A DNA stretch of 64,000 nucleotides from contig OX597839.1 in the NCBI GenBank assembly GCA_951406725.2, positions 23,808,001 to 23,872,000 of the forward strand, given 5' to 3'. Position 1 is the first letter of the stretch. Every line of letters begins with the position of its first letter. The translations under genes and the position numbers were made by a program. Under the pieces are notes generated by a model. The model had not been told where the DNA came from, did no database searches, and saw nothing but the letters and a program-made list of their open reading frames with translations. This document shows, in pieces, positions 25,595 to 38,413 of the stretch. Origin of the DNA: Octopus vulgaris. Its lineage: Eukaryota.

Positions 25595-26269
25595 ATATAT
25601 ATGGTGGCACAAAATTCTTTTAAGAGCTTAAGGCCTCTGTGAGTTTTAACCAAGACCTGGATCCATGTGATTGCAAAGCTAACTTCCTAACCACACAGCT
25701 GTATTAACATATATTTTCTATAATCTATTTTCACAAAAATACCTAAGTGTTAAACAATACCGTTCCTTTTTTCTTGAATGCTCAATGTAAATGTCCTGGT
25801 TGGCCAGAAAATGCCTGCATTTACAACAGTCTTGCAATTAACAAAAAAATAGGAGAAAACTTCTCAAATTTAAATAAAATGGAAGTATAGGCGCAGGAGT
25901 GGCTGTGTGGTAAGTAGCTTGCTTACCAACCACATGGTTCCAGGTTCAGTCCCACAGCATGGCATCTTGGGCAAATATCTTCTACTATAGCCTCGGGCCG
26001 ACCAACGAGGCTGGCAAACGACCACAATCAGATGGTCCTTTTTATGTGCCAACGGCACGGGGCCAGTCGGGGCGCGCTGGCAACGGCCACGTTTGGATGG
26101 TTCTCTTACGTGCCACCGGCACTGGTGTCACAGCTACAGTTTCCATTGATGTTGATCGATTTCGATTTTCATTTTCATTTTCACTTGCCTCAATAGGTCT
26201 TCACAAGACCTGTTGAGGTATAAAACATGGTAATTAAAATAAAGGTGAAACATGAGTATTTCTTCTCAC

Positions 26270-26422
26270 CTGTCGTATTAGTTGCTTTTGTGGATGGACG
26301 GAGCGAATCCCCAACACTCGCTCAGTGAGAGATGAATAACAACCCGATTGCAGAAAGAGGGCAAAGTTGATGAGGGCAGCGATTTTGAGGGATTTCTCAC
26401 ACCACTGGAGGTATTTGTTTAT
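26270..26422 (-). CDS. PEX2: PEX2 coding exon 5 (INKYLQW...LINFALFLQSGCYSSLTERVLGIR...LIRQ)
   Basis: Pyrimidine-rich CAG acceptor, CAG|GTGAGA donor, 153 nt. Contains the LINFxxFLxxGxYxxLxERxLG signature. Confidence 0.95.
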
Positions 26423-26452
26423 CTGAAGAGGAAGAGGAGGAGGAGGATTAGC

Positions 26453-26689
26453 AGCAGTTTGTGTGCACGTGTGTGTGTGTTCAGTAGTTTATGTGTGTGT
26501 ATACAGTAGTTTATGCATGTGTGTGTGTATGTGTACGTTTGTGTGTACAGTAGTTAATGCATGTGTGTGCATGTGTATACAGTAGTTTATGTATGCATGT
26601 GTGTGTGTGTATGCTCATGTACAGTAGCTTATGTATGCACATGTGTGTATGTGTACAGTAGTTTATATATGCACGTGTGTGTGTGTGTT

Positions 26690-26752
<63 letters not shown>

Positions 26753-26823
26753 ACAGTAGTTTATATATGCACGTGTGTGTGTGTGTTTGTTTGTGTGTGT
26801 GTGTGTGTGTGTTTGTTTGTGTG

Positions 26824-26854
<31 letters not shown>

Positions 26855-26949
26855 ACAGTAGTTTATATATGCACATGTGTGTGTGTGTGTGTTTGTGCGT
26901 GTGTGTGTGTGTACAGTAGTTTATATATGCACGTGTGTGTGTGTGTGTT

Positions 26950-26980
<31 letters not shown>

Positions 26981-27088
26981 TTGTGTGCGTGTGTGTACAG
27001 TAGTTCATATAGGCACGTGTGTGTGTGTTTGTTTGTGTGTGTGTGTGTGTGTTTGTGCGTGTGTGTGTACAGTAGTTTATATATGCAT

Positions 27089-27122
<34 letters not shown>

Positions 27123-27131
27123 TGTGTGTGT
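26453..27131. repeat. Minisatellite filling PEX2 intron 4
   Basis: About 12 units of TACAGTAGTTTATATATGCA separated by variable (GT)n tracts. Confidence 0.9.
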
Positions 27132-27167
27132 AAACCAATGGAAGAATGAAAGGAAAGCTGCGAGAAC

Positions 27168-27380
27168 CTTTTCCTTAGTCTTGGACGTGGACAGACCCAA
27201 ACTGTCGATGGTCAAGTTGAGCCGTTCTTTGAGCCAAGGAATGATGATCAGAATGAAGCCATGGAGGAGCTTCTGCTTCTTCGACATCCAAGGATTGGTT
27301 TTGTCTTTGGCCCTGGCGTTGGCATAGGTGAGTCGGAGGAGCTGCTGGCCGACCGAGGCGCCAGTCGCAAACACGGAGAA
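27168..27380 (-). CDS. PEX2: PEX2 coding exon 4 (FSVFATGASVGQQLLRLTY...KTKEK)
   Basis: CAG acceptor, AAG|GTTCTC donor (weak), 213 nt. Contains A(S/T)VGQxLLxLxY and PWLKER motifs of the Pex2/Pex12 domain. Confidence 0.9.
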
Positions 27381-28406
27381 CTGGTCAATGGAAAAATTCA
27401 AAACAAAAAAACTGGTGAAGACATTAGCACTAAAAAGGGGTGGGTGGGGGTGAGAACGGCTTTGGAGATGGCTATGAGGATGATGGTGGTGGTGGTGGTG
27501 GTGGAGGGGGTTGTGTGAATGATGGTGGCGGATGGTGATGACGGTGGTAGAGGTGATGATAGGATGGCAGTGGTGATGATAGGATGGTAGTGGTGGTAGA
27601 GATGATAGTAGTGGTGGTGACGGTGGTGGTGGTAACGGGGGTAGTGGTGATGATGATAATGGTGGTAGTGATGATAGTAAAGGTGGTAGTGGTGGTGCTG
27701 TTGGTATTGATGGTGGTGGTGGTGGTGGTGATGATTTTGGTAATAGCTACGATGAGGGTGGTGGTGGTGGTCATATGAATGATGATGGAAGGGGGTGATG
27801 GTGATGACAGTAGTTGTGGTAGGGTAAACGAGGATGATTTTGATGATGATGATAATGATGACACAGATAAGTATGGTGATGCTGATGGTGATGACAACAA
27901 TAACTAATAATTATGACAGCTGTAATGATGATGGTGATGACAACGATGAGGATGACAATGATGATGATGATAACAATACAGATGGGTAATGACAATGATA
28001 ATGATGATGAAAATGATGATGATGATGATGACATCTGGGATGAGAATGATGACAATACTGATGACGGAGACCGTAGTCATGGCCAATGCCAGCCTCAGGT
28101 CAGTGACACCCACGCCAGTGACACATAAAAAGCACCTGTTACACTCTCAGAGTGGTTGGCGTTAGGAAGGGCATCCAGCCATAGAAACCTTGCCAGATCA
28201 GATGAGCCTGGTACAGACCCCTCAGCTTACCAGCTCTGCTCAAACCATCCAACCCATGACAGCATGGAAAGTGGATGTTAAACATCGATGATGATGATGA
28301 TGATGACCAATGTGGTGATGAAAATGCTGGTCATAATTCTGATGATGGCTAAGAATACGAAAAGTAAAAAAATACAATCAAGGGGAAAACGAAAGCTCAA
28401 ACTTAC

Positions 28407-28469
28407 TCTCCATATCACAAACTTGAGTAAGGCTGTTATCTCTGGATCCAGTTTCGTTAACAAAGACAA
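28407..28469 (-). CDS. PEX2: PEX2 coding exon 3 (LSLLTKLDPEITALLKFVIWR)
   Basis: Polypyrimidine tract plus TAG acceptor, AGA|GTAAGT donor, 63 nt. Contains the PE(I/V)...WR motif seen in PEX2. Confidence 0.9.
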
Positions 28470-28523
28470 CTAAAAAAAGAAAAGGAGAAAAAATTGCAAA
28501 ATTAAAAAGGGAAAACAAACGTA

Positions 28524-28688
28524 GGTGCAGGAGTGGCTGTGTGGTAAGTAGCTTGCTTACCAACCACATGGTTCCAGGTTCAGTCCCACTGCGTGGCATC
28601 TTGGGCAAGTGTCTTCTGCTATAGCCCCACGCCGACCAAAGCCTTGTGAGTGGATTTGGTAGACGGAAACTGAAAGAAGCCCGTCGTA

Positions 28689-28755
<67 letters not shown>

Positions 28756-28960
28756 TTGTCCCCATAGCATTGCTTGACAACCGATGCTGGTGTGTTTATG
28801 TCCCCATTACTTAGCGGTTCAGCAAAAGAGACCGATAGAATAAGTACTGGGCTTACAAAGAATAAATCCCGGGGTCAAGTTGCTCGACTAAAGGCGGTGC
28901 TCCAGCATGGCTGCAGTCAAATGACTGAAACAAGTAAAAGAGTAAAGAGAGAGTAAAGAG
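28524..28960 (+). mobile_element. SINE family A, followed by a composite older copy at about 29020-29590
   Basis: Same diagnostic head, central microsatellite and tail. Confidence 0.88.
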
Positions 28961-29165
28961 TATGGCATGTGGAGATTTTTTTTGAAAATCACAGGAATTA
29001 GGTGCAGGCGTGGCAGCATGGTAACACGTTTGTTTCCCAACCACATGATTCCGGGTTCAGTCCCACTGCGTGGCATCTTGGGCAAGTGTCTTCTACTATA
29101 GCCTTGGGCCGACCAAAGCCTTGTGAGTGGATTTGGGAGACGGAAACTGAAAGAAGCCCATCATG

Positions 29166-29215
<50 letters not shown>

Positions 29216-30587
29216 TGCAGCTGTGTGGTAACAAGCTTGCTCCCCAACTACATGGTTCCATGTTCAGTCCCATGCCATGGCACCTTGGGCTGACCATACC
29301 CTTCTGAGTGGATGCAGTAGGTGGAAACTGACAGAAGCCCATCATGTGTGTGTGTGTGTGTGTATGTCTTGATGTCTGTGACTGTCCCCAACCACTGCCT
29401 GACAACCGGTGTTGGTGTGTTTACATCCCCATAACTTAGCGGTTCAACAAAAGACACCAATAAAACAAGTACCAGGCTTTACAAAAAATAATAAGCACTG
29501 CAGTCGATTCATTTGACAGGAATTCTTGAAGATGGGGCTCCAGCATGGCCACAGTCTAACAACTGAAACATGTAAAAGGCAAAAAATATAAGCAATGTGC
29601 CCCAATTAGAAACATGGTCAGAAGGGACTTGAAAGGCACGTGGCTTAGCGGTTAGGGTATTTGGCTCACAATCAGAAGGTCACAAGTTCAATTCCTGGCT
29701 GTGTGTTGTGTCCTTGAGCAAGACACTTCATTTCCCATTGTTCCGGTTCATTCAGCTGGTAAAAATGAGTTGTACCAGTAATTCAATGGGGTCCAGCCTT
29801 GTCACATTCTGTGTGTCATGCCAAATCTCCCTGAGAACTACATTAAGGGTATGCATGTCTGTGGAGTACTCAGCCACTTGTACATTAAATTCATGAGCAG
29901 GCTGTTCCGTTGAGTGGATCAAATGGTTGTCATAACCCTTGGGGTGCTCGAGTATTTGGCTCATGATCGTAAGGTCATGAGTTCAATTCCTGGCAGAGTG
30001 TTGTGTCCTTGAGCAAGACACATTATTCCGCACTGCTTCAGTCCACTCAGCTGGCAAGAATATGTATTGTACCTGTAATTCAAGTGGGCCCAGCCTTGTC
30101 TCATCCTGTGTCACACTGAATTTCCCTGAGAACTATATTATGGGTATGCATGTCTATGGAGTACTCAGCCACTTGCATGTTCATTTCATGAGCAGGTTGT
30201 TATGGTGATCAGTCCAACTGGAACCCTTGTCTTCGTAACCGATGTAGTGCCAGTTAGTTTAATAAAGGGTTTAATATATTGGATGATAAAGGGATATCTC
30301 TGAAGAACAGGACTTCAATACATCACATAATATTTCAAAGATCAATTCACCCAGAAAGAAACCATTCCGTAACTCCAACTTTTATATTCATAGAAATAGG
30401 ATGACTATAAAAAACATTCTGCCACTTTACAATGCTACCACCGTCTATTTCAGTGGTTTCCTAACCTGTGGTCCACAAAGGTAGTACTGGGGGTCTGGGA
30501 AAATGTTAAGCTGAGGTCCATGGGAAAACTCATTTAAATAAAAGGGGTCCTTGGTAGTGAAAAGGTTGGGAGCTGTTAGTCTATATT

Positions 30588-31377
30588 CGAGGTCTGACCA
30601 AAGAGTACCAGAACTGTTGCTATGGTAACACAGGTAAAAAAAAAAATGCAAAGTGAAGCCGCTTGGCACAGATTGACCTTGAACTCTGTCGCAGATGCTC
30701 ACCAAGTTATAAACTTCTGTTGTTTATGGCAGTGGCTGGAAGTAGAGTGTGTAGAGTGCGGTCGTCTCAAGAAGAAGATCAGGCTGAAGCTGTCCAGGAT
30801 CTCTTTGTGTTGTGGAAGATGAAAACATTTTCAAAACAGTCAAATCAGGGGATGAATCATGGGTCTATGGCTATGACCGTGAAACCAGGAATCAGTTTGT
30901 GCAGTGGAAAAAAACCCAACAAAATTTCAAGATAATATTATTCTATATATTTGGGGATGAGGAATTACGAACATTATTTACAATGGACGGATAGGTGTCC
31001 TCGCCTTGTTTGTTTGTTCTCATCAGCAACATACGTTAGGAATGGGAAGAGTGTACCCCATTAGTCAAATAAAGAGTTTGGTTCGAAATTTCCCGAAGAC
31101 ACCTGATGAAGGCCGGAGAGTAAATCAGCCGAAACTTTGTGGGAACAACAAACAAGATTTCAGGATGTCAAGAAAACCCAAGAAAATGCAACAAGGCAGC
31201 TGCTCCCTATCCCAAAACAAGGATTTCCAGGAATGGTTCCATGAATGGAGACAACGCTGGATAAAGTGTGTGGCTTCAGAAAGGGGTTACTTTGAAGGAG
31301 ATTAAATCCCGAATTGCTGTGGGTTGTATTTTTCTTTTTATAGCACCAGACTTGATATTTTTTAATCATATTTTGTA
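30588..31377 (+). mobile_element. Decayed, internally deleted mariner element with a Penelope-like insertion
   Basis: Remnant peptides GDESWVYGYDRET..QW and FQEWFHEWRQRWIKCVASERGYFEGD. The left end CGAGGTCTGACCAAA resembles a mariner TIR. Confidence 0.8.
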
Positions 31378-31997
31378 TATGTAAATTCTGGTGACCATTT
31401 ACAGACAGACCGACTGAGTCGTTAGATAATTATTTTGGCCAAAAATTCAGAGGACAAATAACTGACAATAAAGGATTTCACCAAGGTCTTCAACTAATAA
31501 TGGGGGCCTCATGTTATTTTGGCCCTGAGCAAACAGACGAATGATAAAAGGTATTCCAGCCGTACCCACCCCATTTTTTGCTCTCTGTGCAGAGAGTGAG
31601 GACCGCATTACCTCATATGGTTTTTCTTGGAAGTTGAGGTGCGATTTGAGGCGATCTGCTGGTCAAGCGACAACCAAGAGACATACTCGTGATCTAGCCT
31701 CTATTTGCTCATTCACCCTTCAGGAAAAAGCAGCCAAATCTTCTTCAAATCACATATTACTGAGTTCAAAATGAAGAGTCATACTGAATACTGTAGTCTA
31801 GCAAAAAGAAAAAAGACGACGGGGCAGGTTCTTTCATCAAAGACCCGTTCGATCAGAACAGAACTGGGGGCCAAAGAACGAGATGGATTAAGACAAAATT
31901 GAGGGGGAGACAACTCCTAGTGGTTCAAGATTCAAGGGAGAGAATTAGGTTTTTTGTCTTGGAAACTTCAAATGCTTAATATATATATATATATATA

Positions 31998-32400
31998 TAC
32001 TCTTTTACTTGTTTCAGTCATTTGACTGCGGCCATGCCTGAGCACCGCCTTTAATCGAGCAACTCGACCCCGGGACTTATTCTTTTGTAAGCCCAGTACT
32101 TATTCTATCGGTCTCTTTTGCCGAACTGCTAAGTAACGGGGACATAAACACACCAGCATCGGTTGTCAAGCAATGCTAGGGGGACAAACACAGACACACA
32201 AACACACACACGCATATATATATATATACATACATATATATATATACGACGGGCTTTTTTCAGTTTCCGTCTACCAAATCCACTCACAAGGCTTTGGTCG
32301 GCCCGAGGCTATAGTAGAAGACACTTGCCCAAGGTGCCACGCAGTGGGACTGAACCTGGAACCATGTGGTTGGTAAACAAGCTACTTACCACAAAGCCAT
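31998..32400 (-). mobile_element. SINE family A
   Basis: Reverse complement of the family consensus seen at 16557. Confidence 0.88.
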
Positions 32401-32989
32401 GTTTAATATATATATATATATTCTAAATTAACATTTCTCAAGATGAAATGGAAGCCCCACGGGGCTTGGGTTAGTCGAGAATGGAGTGTAAGTTAGTAAA
32501 AAAACGAGTAAAATTTGCAACAAAACCTTAATTAAAACCTCTTTTGAAAGTCACTTCTGTATGTATGCTTGTATGTATTTATATATGTGTGTATAGATTG
32601 CTTGAAGTGGTGCACACATTTTATATATTAAGAGAAAGGCAAAAGAATCTTCTGTAAAACTCATATTTGAGGCGTCTTGATGACTGAGACGAAAGCGCTA
32701 ATAAAGAATTACCCAAAATTCTGACTGCTTCCTTTTTCTTAAGAGGCGCAAGAGTGGCTGTGTGGTAATTAGCTTGCTTACCAACCACATGGGTCCAGGT
32801 TCAGTCCCACAGTGTGGCACCTTGGGCAAGTATCTTCTACTATAGCCTCGGGCTGACCCAAAGCTTTGTGAGTGGATTTGGTAGACGGAAACTGAAAGAA
32901 TCTCATCATATATATATATATACATACACATATACATATATACATACATATACATACATATATATACATACGTACATATACATACATAC

Positions 32990-33298
32990 ATGCATGCATG
33001 CATGCATGCATGCATGCATGCATGCATGCATGCATACATACATACATACATACATACATACATACATACATACATACATACATACATACATACATACATA
33101 CATACATACATACATACATACATACATACATACATACATACATACATACATACATACATACATACATACATACATACATACATACATACATACATACATA
33201 CATACATACATACATACATACATACATACATACATACATACATACATACATACATACATACATACATACATACATACATACATACATACATACATACA

Positions 33299-33350
<52 letters not shown>
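32990..33350. repeat. (CATG)n-(CATA)n-(TA)n compound microsatellite inside a family A SINE (about 32744-33830)
   Basis: About 290 bp of uninterrupted CATA preceded by about 11 CATG units. Confidence 0.95.
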
Positions 33351-33351
<1 letters not shown>

Positions 33352-33844
33352 TAGGAAGGGAAGCCAGCTGTAGAGACTCTGCCAGGTCAGATTGGAGTCT
33401 GGTGCAGCCATCTGGTTCACCAGGCCTCAGTCAAATCATCCAACCCATGCTGGCATGGAAAGCGGATGTTAAACGATGATGATGATGATAGATATATACA
33501 TGTACATATAGAGTGGGCTATAGCAGCCCATGTATGACTGAAAGACTTTACCAGGTGGTGCTACTGAATTAGACCTTGCCTGGACCTATAATGGCCGAAA
33601 CCTATCAAAGTCTGTGTCTCTGTGTTTGTCCCCCAACCATCGCTTGACAACCGATGTTGGTGTGTTTACATTCCCTTAACCTAGCAGTTTGGCAAAAGGG
33701 ACCAATAGAATATGTAGTAGACTAACAAAGAATAAGTTATGGGGTCGATTTGTTCAACTGAAGGCGGTGCTCCAGCATGGTCACAGTCAAATGGTTGGAA
33801 CAAATAATAGTAAAAGAGTAGTAAAAGAGTATATATATATATAC

Positions 33845-34225
33845 AGGAGTGGCTGTGTGGTAAGTAGCTTGCCTACCAACCACGTGGTTCCGGGTTCAGT
33901 CCCACTGCGTGGCATCTTGGGCAAGTGTCTTCTGCTATAGCCCCGGGCCGACCAATGCCTTGTGAGTGGATTTGGTAGATGGAAACTGAAAAGAAGCCTG
34001 TCGTATATATGTATATATATGTGTGTGTGTGTGTCTGTGTTTGTCCCCCTAGCATTGCTTGACAACCGATGCTGGTGTGTTTATGTCCCCGTCACTTAGC
34101 GGTTCGGCAAAAGAGACCGATAGAATAAGTACTGGGCTTACAAAGAATAAGTCCCGGGGTCGATTTGCTCGACTAAAGGCGGTGCCCCAGCATGGCCGCA
34201 GTCAAATGAGTGAAACAAGTAAAAG
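33845..34225 (+). mobile_element. SINE family A
   Basis: Diagnostic sequence. Faces an inverted copy about 500 bp downstream. Confidence 0.88.
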
Positions 34226-34730
34226 ATATATCTTCCATATAAAAAAAATGCAATGTGTCTTGTAGGTCATGCTGGTAAAGGGAGACTAAAACAACAAATG
34301 GAGTGGGAGTGAGTGACAGTGAGAGATGCTAAATATAGGCAAAGTGTTGTCAGCTCTGAAGTTGCTGGTTTTTTAATGAAAATGAACTCCATTTTATTGT
34401 AAATTTTACTTATCTATTTCACACAGGCCGACATATCTTACAATAAAATGCAGTGTTTCACTTCCATGAAGCCGCTTGAAGCAAAGGAAACGCAACCAGG
34501 GAGTGGAGTGATTCCAAGTAGGAATCTTAAATGTCGGAAAAGCAAGTATTTTGATAAAAAGTAAAACTGTAAATCTTGTTGTTTTAAATAAATAGTTTTT
34601 TTTTCTTTTTTGTCCTTTGGAGAAACACCTTCATTTATTCCAGAAATAATTCATAGAAAATTAAAAAAGAAACAGAAAAAAAAAAGAAAGACAAGAAAGG
34701 AAAAGAGAGACCCCTTTTTCTTTTCTTTCT

Positions 34731-35078
34731 TAGTCGAGCAAATCGACCCCGGGACTTATTCTTTGTAAGCCCAATACTTATTCTATCGGTCTCTTTTGCC
34801 GAACCGCTAAGTGACGGTGACGTAAACACACCAGCATCGGTTGTCAAGCAATGCTAGGGGGACAAACACAGACACACAAACACACACACGCATATATATA
34901 TATATACATATATACGACAGGCTTCTTTTCAGTTTCCGTCTACCAAATCCACTCACAAGGCATTGGTCGGCCCGGGGCTATAGCAGAAGACACTTGCCCA
35001 AGATGCCACGCAGTGGGACTGAACCCGCAACCATGTGGTTGGTTAGCAAGCTACTTACCACACAGCCACTCCTGCGCC
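34731..35078 (-). mobile_element. SINE family A, 3'-truncated
   Basis: Diagnostic sequence in reverse orientation. Confidence 0.88.
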
Positions 35079-35403
35079 TTTCTCTCTCTTTTTTTTTATG
35101 TTTGCATTTTCTATAAATTATGTCTGGAATAAACAAAAATTTGGTAATAAAATACACTAAGGGATGATGGGAGTTCACACACACACACACACACACACAC
35201 ACATGCACGCAACCAATGTAACTTCTGATGGTGTCAAATGACAGAGAATGAGGGTTAGAGAATAAAAATGTTATTGTGAGAGTTTGTATTTTTATAATTT
35301 TTTGTTTTTCCTTTTCTATATTCACCTATTTTTTTCAATAAATTTGGTAATTGTTTATTAAAAAGAAACAAAATAAATTTTAAAAAAAAAGAACACTCTT
35401 TAA

Positions 35404-35624
35404 CCCTTTAGTGTTCACATTATTCTGCCAAAATTAATCCTTTTTAATCCACATTGTTTTGAACTAATCAGGCATTATCTTGTAGCGATGAGATTTTGAT
35501 GAGGTAGCTGTTAATTTTTAAAACGATATTGTAGGGTTGGTGTGAGAGACCAGATCTGGCCAGTTTGACCATAAAACAGGCAGAATACTTTTGGCCGGAT
35601 ATGGCCGATTTAAATGCTAAAGGG
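35404..35624. mobile_element. piggyBac-type MITE, 221 bp
   Basis: TTAA|CCCTTTAG...CTAAAGGG|TTAA. Close relative of 7157-7377. Confidence 0.88.
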
Positions 35625-36501
35625 TTAAAGGATCTACCACTGGATTGAATGAAACGAGCAGACGACATTCAAGGAGGTCAAACAGCAGTCAAACCCAATA
35701 TTAAAGTGTCTGTTGTCCATGTTGGCATGGGTTGGACGGTTTGTCCGGGGCTGACATGCTGGAAGGCTGTACCAGACCCCAGTCTGATTTGGCATGGTGT
35801 TCTACGGCTGGATGCCCTTCCTAACACCAACCACTCTGAAGAGGGTAATGGGTGCTTTTACGTGCCACCGCATGGGTGCCATCTGCGTGACAATGGGGTG
35901 CTTTCACATGACACCAGCACAGGTGCCAGTTTGTGTGACACAGGTATCAGCCATGACTGAATTTTGCTCGGCTTGAAGGATCTCCTCAAGCATGACATAA
36001 TACCAAAGGTCTTAGTCAGTGCCTCCATGGGGCCCAATGCTCGAAAGGTGTGTAAATATATCATGAAGAGAATAACTCCAGCAGACCGTGAAGAAGCTAT
36101 ATTTTACGTTGAGTTTTGTCTTTACTAAGTCAAGTTTCATTAATTTCGTATCAAGTGTCATCTTCCCCTGATCCACTTTCATTTGACCAAGATATTTAAC
36201 ATTTTTGTTGCACTTCCATTATTTCTCGTGTCTAAGGATGGGTCCTGATGTGTGTGAGTCTGCTTTGAAATGGAGAAATGAAGAAGCAAATTGACCTCAT
36301 CTTCACTTTTGCATTTTGCCCCAGCTAAATTTTATCTTTGATATGCTCAAAGAGAACAGTGATAATTTTCCAAAATAGTGTTTTTAATGCATTTAGAGAA
36401 GATAGAGTTTCTGTAAATTGTGAATAATCATAAAAAAAATACATATTTCTTCTCAAAGTCAAAAATTCAGTAAAAACTCCTCATCGTGATCCTCCAATCC
36501 C

Positions 36502-36539
<38 letters not shown>

Positions 36540-36696
36540 ATGCGTGCGTGTGTATGTGTGTGTTGCCATGTAGTAAAAAGTTTGCTACTCAGCCACACTA
36601 TAACCCAGGGCCAACTAAAGCCTTGTGAGTGGATTTAGTAGACAGCTGAAAGAAGTCTGTCATGTGTGTATATATATATATATAGATATATATATA

Positions 36697-36731
<35 letters not shown>

Positions 36732-36762
36732 GTGTATGTGTATATATATATATATGTATGTA

Positions 36763-36802
<40 letters not shown>

Positions 36803-37908
36803 AATATATATATACATATGTGTGTGTGTGTGTCATTGTGTTTGTGTTTGTCTCCTATCACTGCTTGGTTTGTTTATGTCCCTGCAAAAGAAAGTGATAG
36901 AATATCCATCACTTAAAAAATAAGTAATAGGATATAGGGCTTCATTCAACTGGAACCCTCTATATCACATGGCTGCACTCTAATGGCTGAAACAAATAAA
37001 AACTTTTATATATATATATATATATCACCATCATATATATCATCATCTATTAACGCCCATTGTCCATGCTGGCATGGGCTCCACAGTTTGACCAGGGCTG
37101 CTAAGCTGGAAGGTTGCAACAGACCCCAGTCTGATTTGGCAAGGTTTTCTATGGCTGGATGCCCTTCCTAATGCCAACCACTCCAAGACATTACAACTGT
37201 ATCTCATTGTTCAAGTGCTTCAATTCTATGTATGTACGTATATTTACTAGATTGCCAGCATGGGTTTTTTAAAAAACTTTTTAAACATTTTATCAGTCTC
37301 TTTAGCTGAACCACTAAGTTATGGGGATATAAAGACACCAACACCAGTCATAAAGCAGTGGTGGGGGACAGACAGACAGACACACACACACATCTATGCT
37401 AAGTAAAGCCATGGCTGGTCATAGGCATGGTCTTTATGCCTCTCCCTCAGTTGACAGATCCTAGTATCATGGACTGACAGGTACTGTGGTCACATAGATG
37501 TACCTCATGCAGGTGCCACGTGAAACTCGCCCATGCTGGTGCCACACACAACCACCCAGTACATTCTGTGGAGTGGTGGGTGTTAGGAAGGATATCTAGC
37601 TGTAGAAACCATGACACAATGGACATGGAGCCTGGACAGCTCTCCAGCTGACCATCTCCTATGAAAGTATCCAACCCATGGAGAACAGGCACTAAATGAT
37701 GATGACAATGATGATGATATATATTCTTTTATTCTTTTACTTATTTCAGTCAGTTGACTGCAGCCATGCTGGAGCACCTCCTTTAGTCAAACACATCAAC
37801 CCCTATTGGTCTCTTTTGCTGAAGTGCTAAGTTATGGGGACGTAAACACACCAACATCAGTTGTCAAGTAATGGTGGCAGGGAACAAACACAGACACGCA
37901 AACATATA

Positions 37909-37967
<59 letters not shown>

Positions 37968-38257
37968 CTATATATATATATATATACATACATATACATG
38001 TGTGTGTATATATATATATGTATGTATGTATGTATTTGTGTGTTTATGTTTGTCCCCCACCATCGCTTGACAATAATGTTGGTGTGTTTATGTCCCCCAT
38101 AACTTAGCAGTTCGGTAAAAGAGACCGAATATATAAGTACTAGGCCTACAAATAATAAGTCCTGGGGGTTGATTTGTGCAACTAAAAGCGGTGCTTCAAC
38201 ATGGCCACAACCAAATGACTGAAACTAGTAAAAGAAAAAGAAAAGAATATATGCATG

Positions 38258-38413
<156 letters not shown>

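Noticed and set aside
26453-27131. CRISPR-like alternation of a constant repeat and variable spacers
   Set aside because: The spacers are (GT)n microsatellite rather than unique sequence, the context is a eukaryotic intron, and there are no cas genes.
26511-27401. 296-aa ORF as a single gene
   Set aside because: Only 27168-27380 is PEX2 exon 4. The remainder is minisatellite read-through (HT repeats).
27470-28070. Thr/Val/Met/Asp-rich ORFs
   Set aside because: Degenerate (GGT/GAT)n low-complexity DNA in PEX2 intron 3, with no exon needed by the protein alignment.
32698-33479. Long ORFs of MYVC/HTYI repeats, and similar YI/CV/HT ORFs at 2218, 6074, 11524, 13801, 38176, 50240, 51865
   Set aside because: These are stop-free translations of microsatellites.
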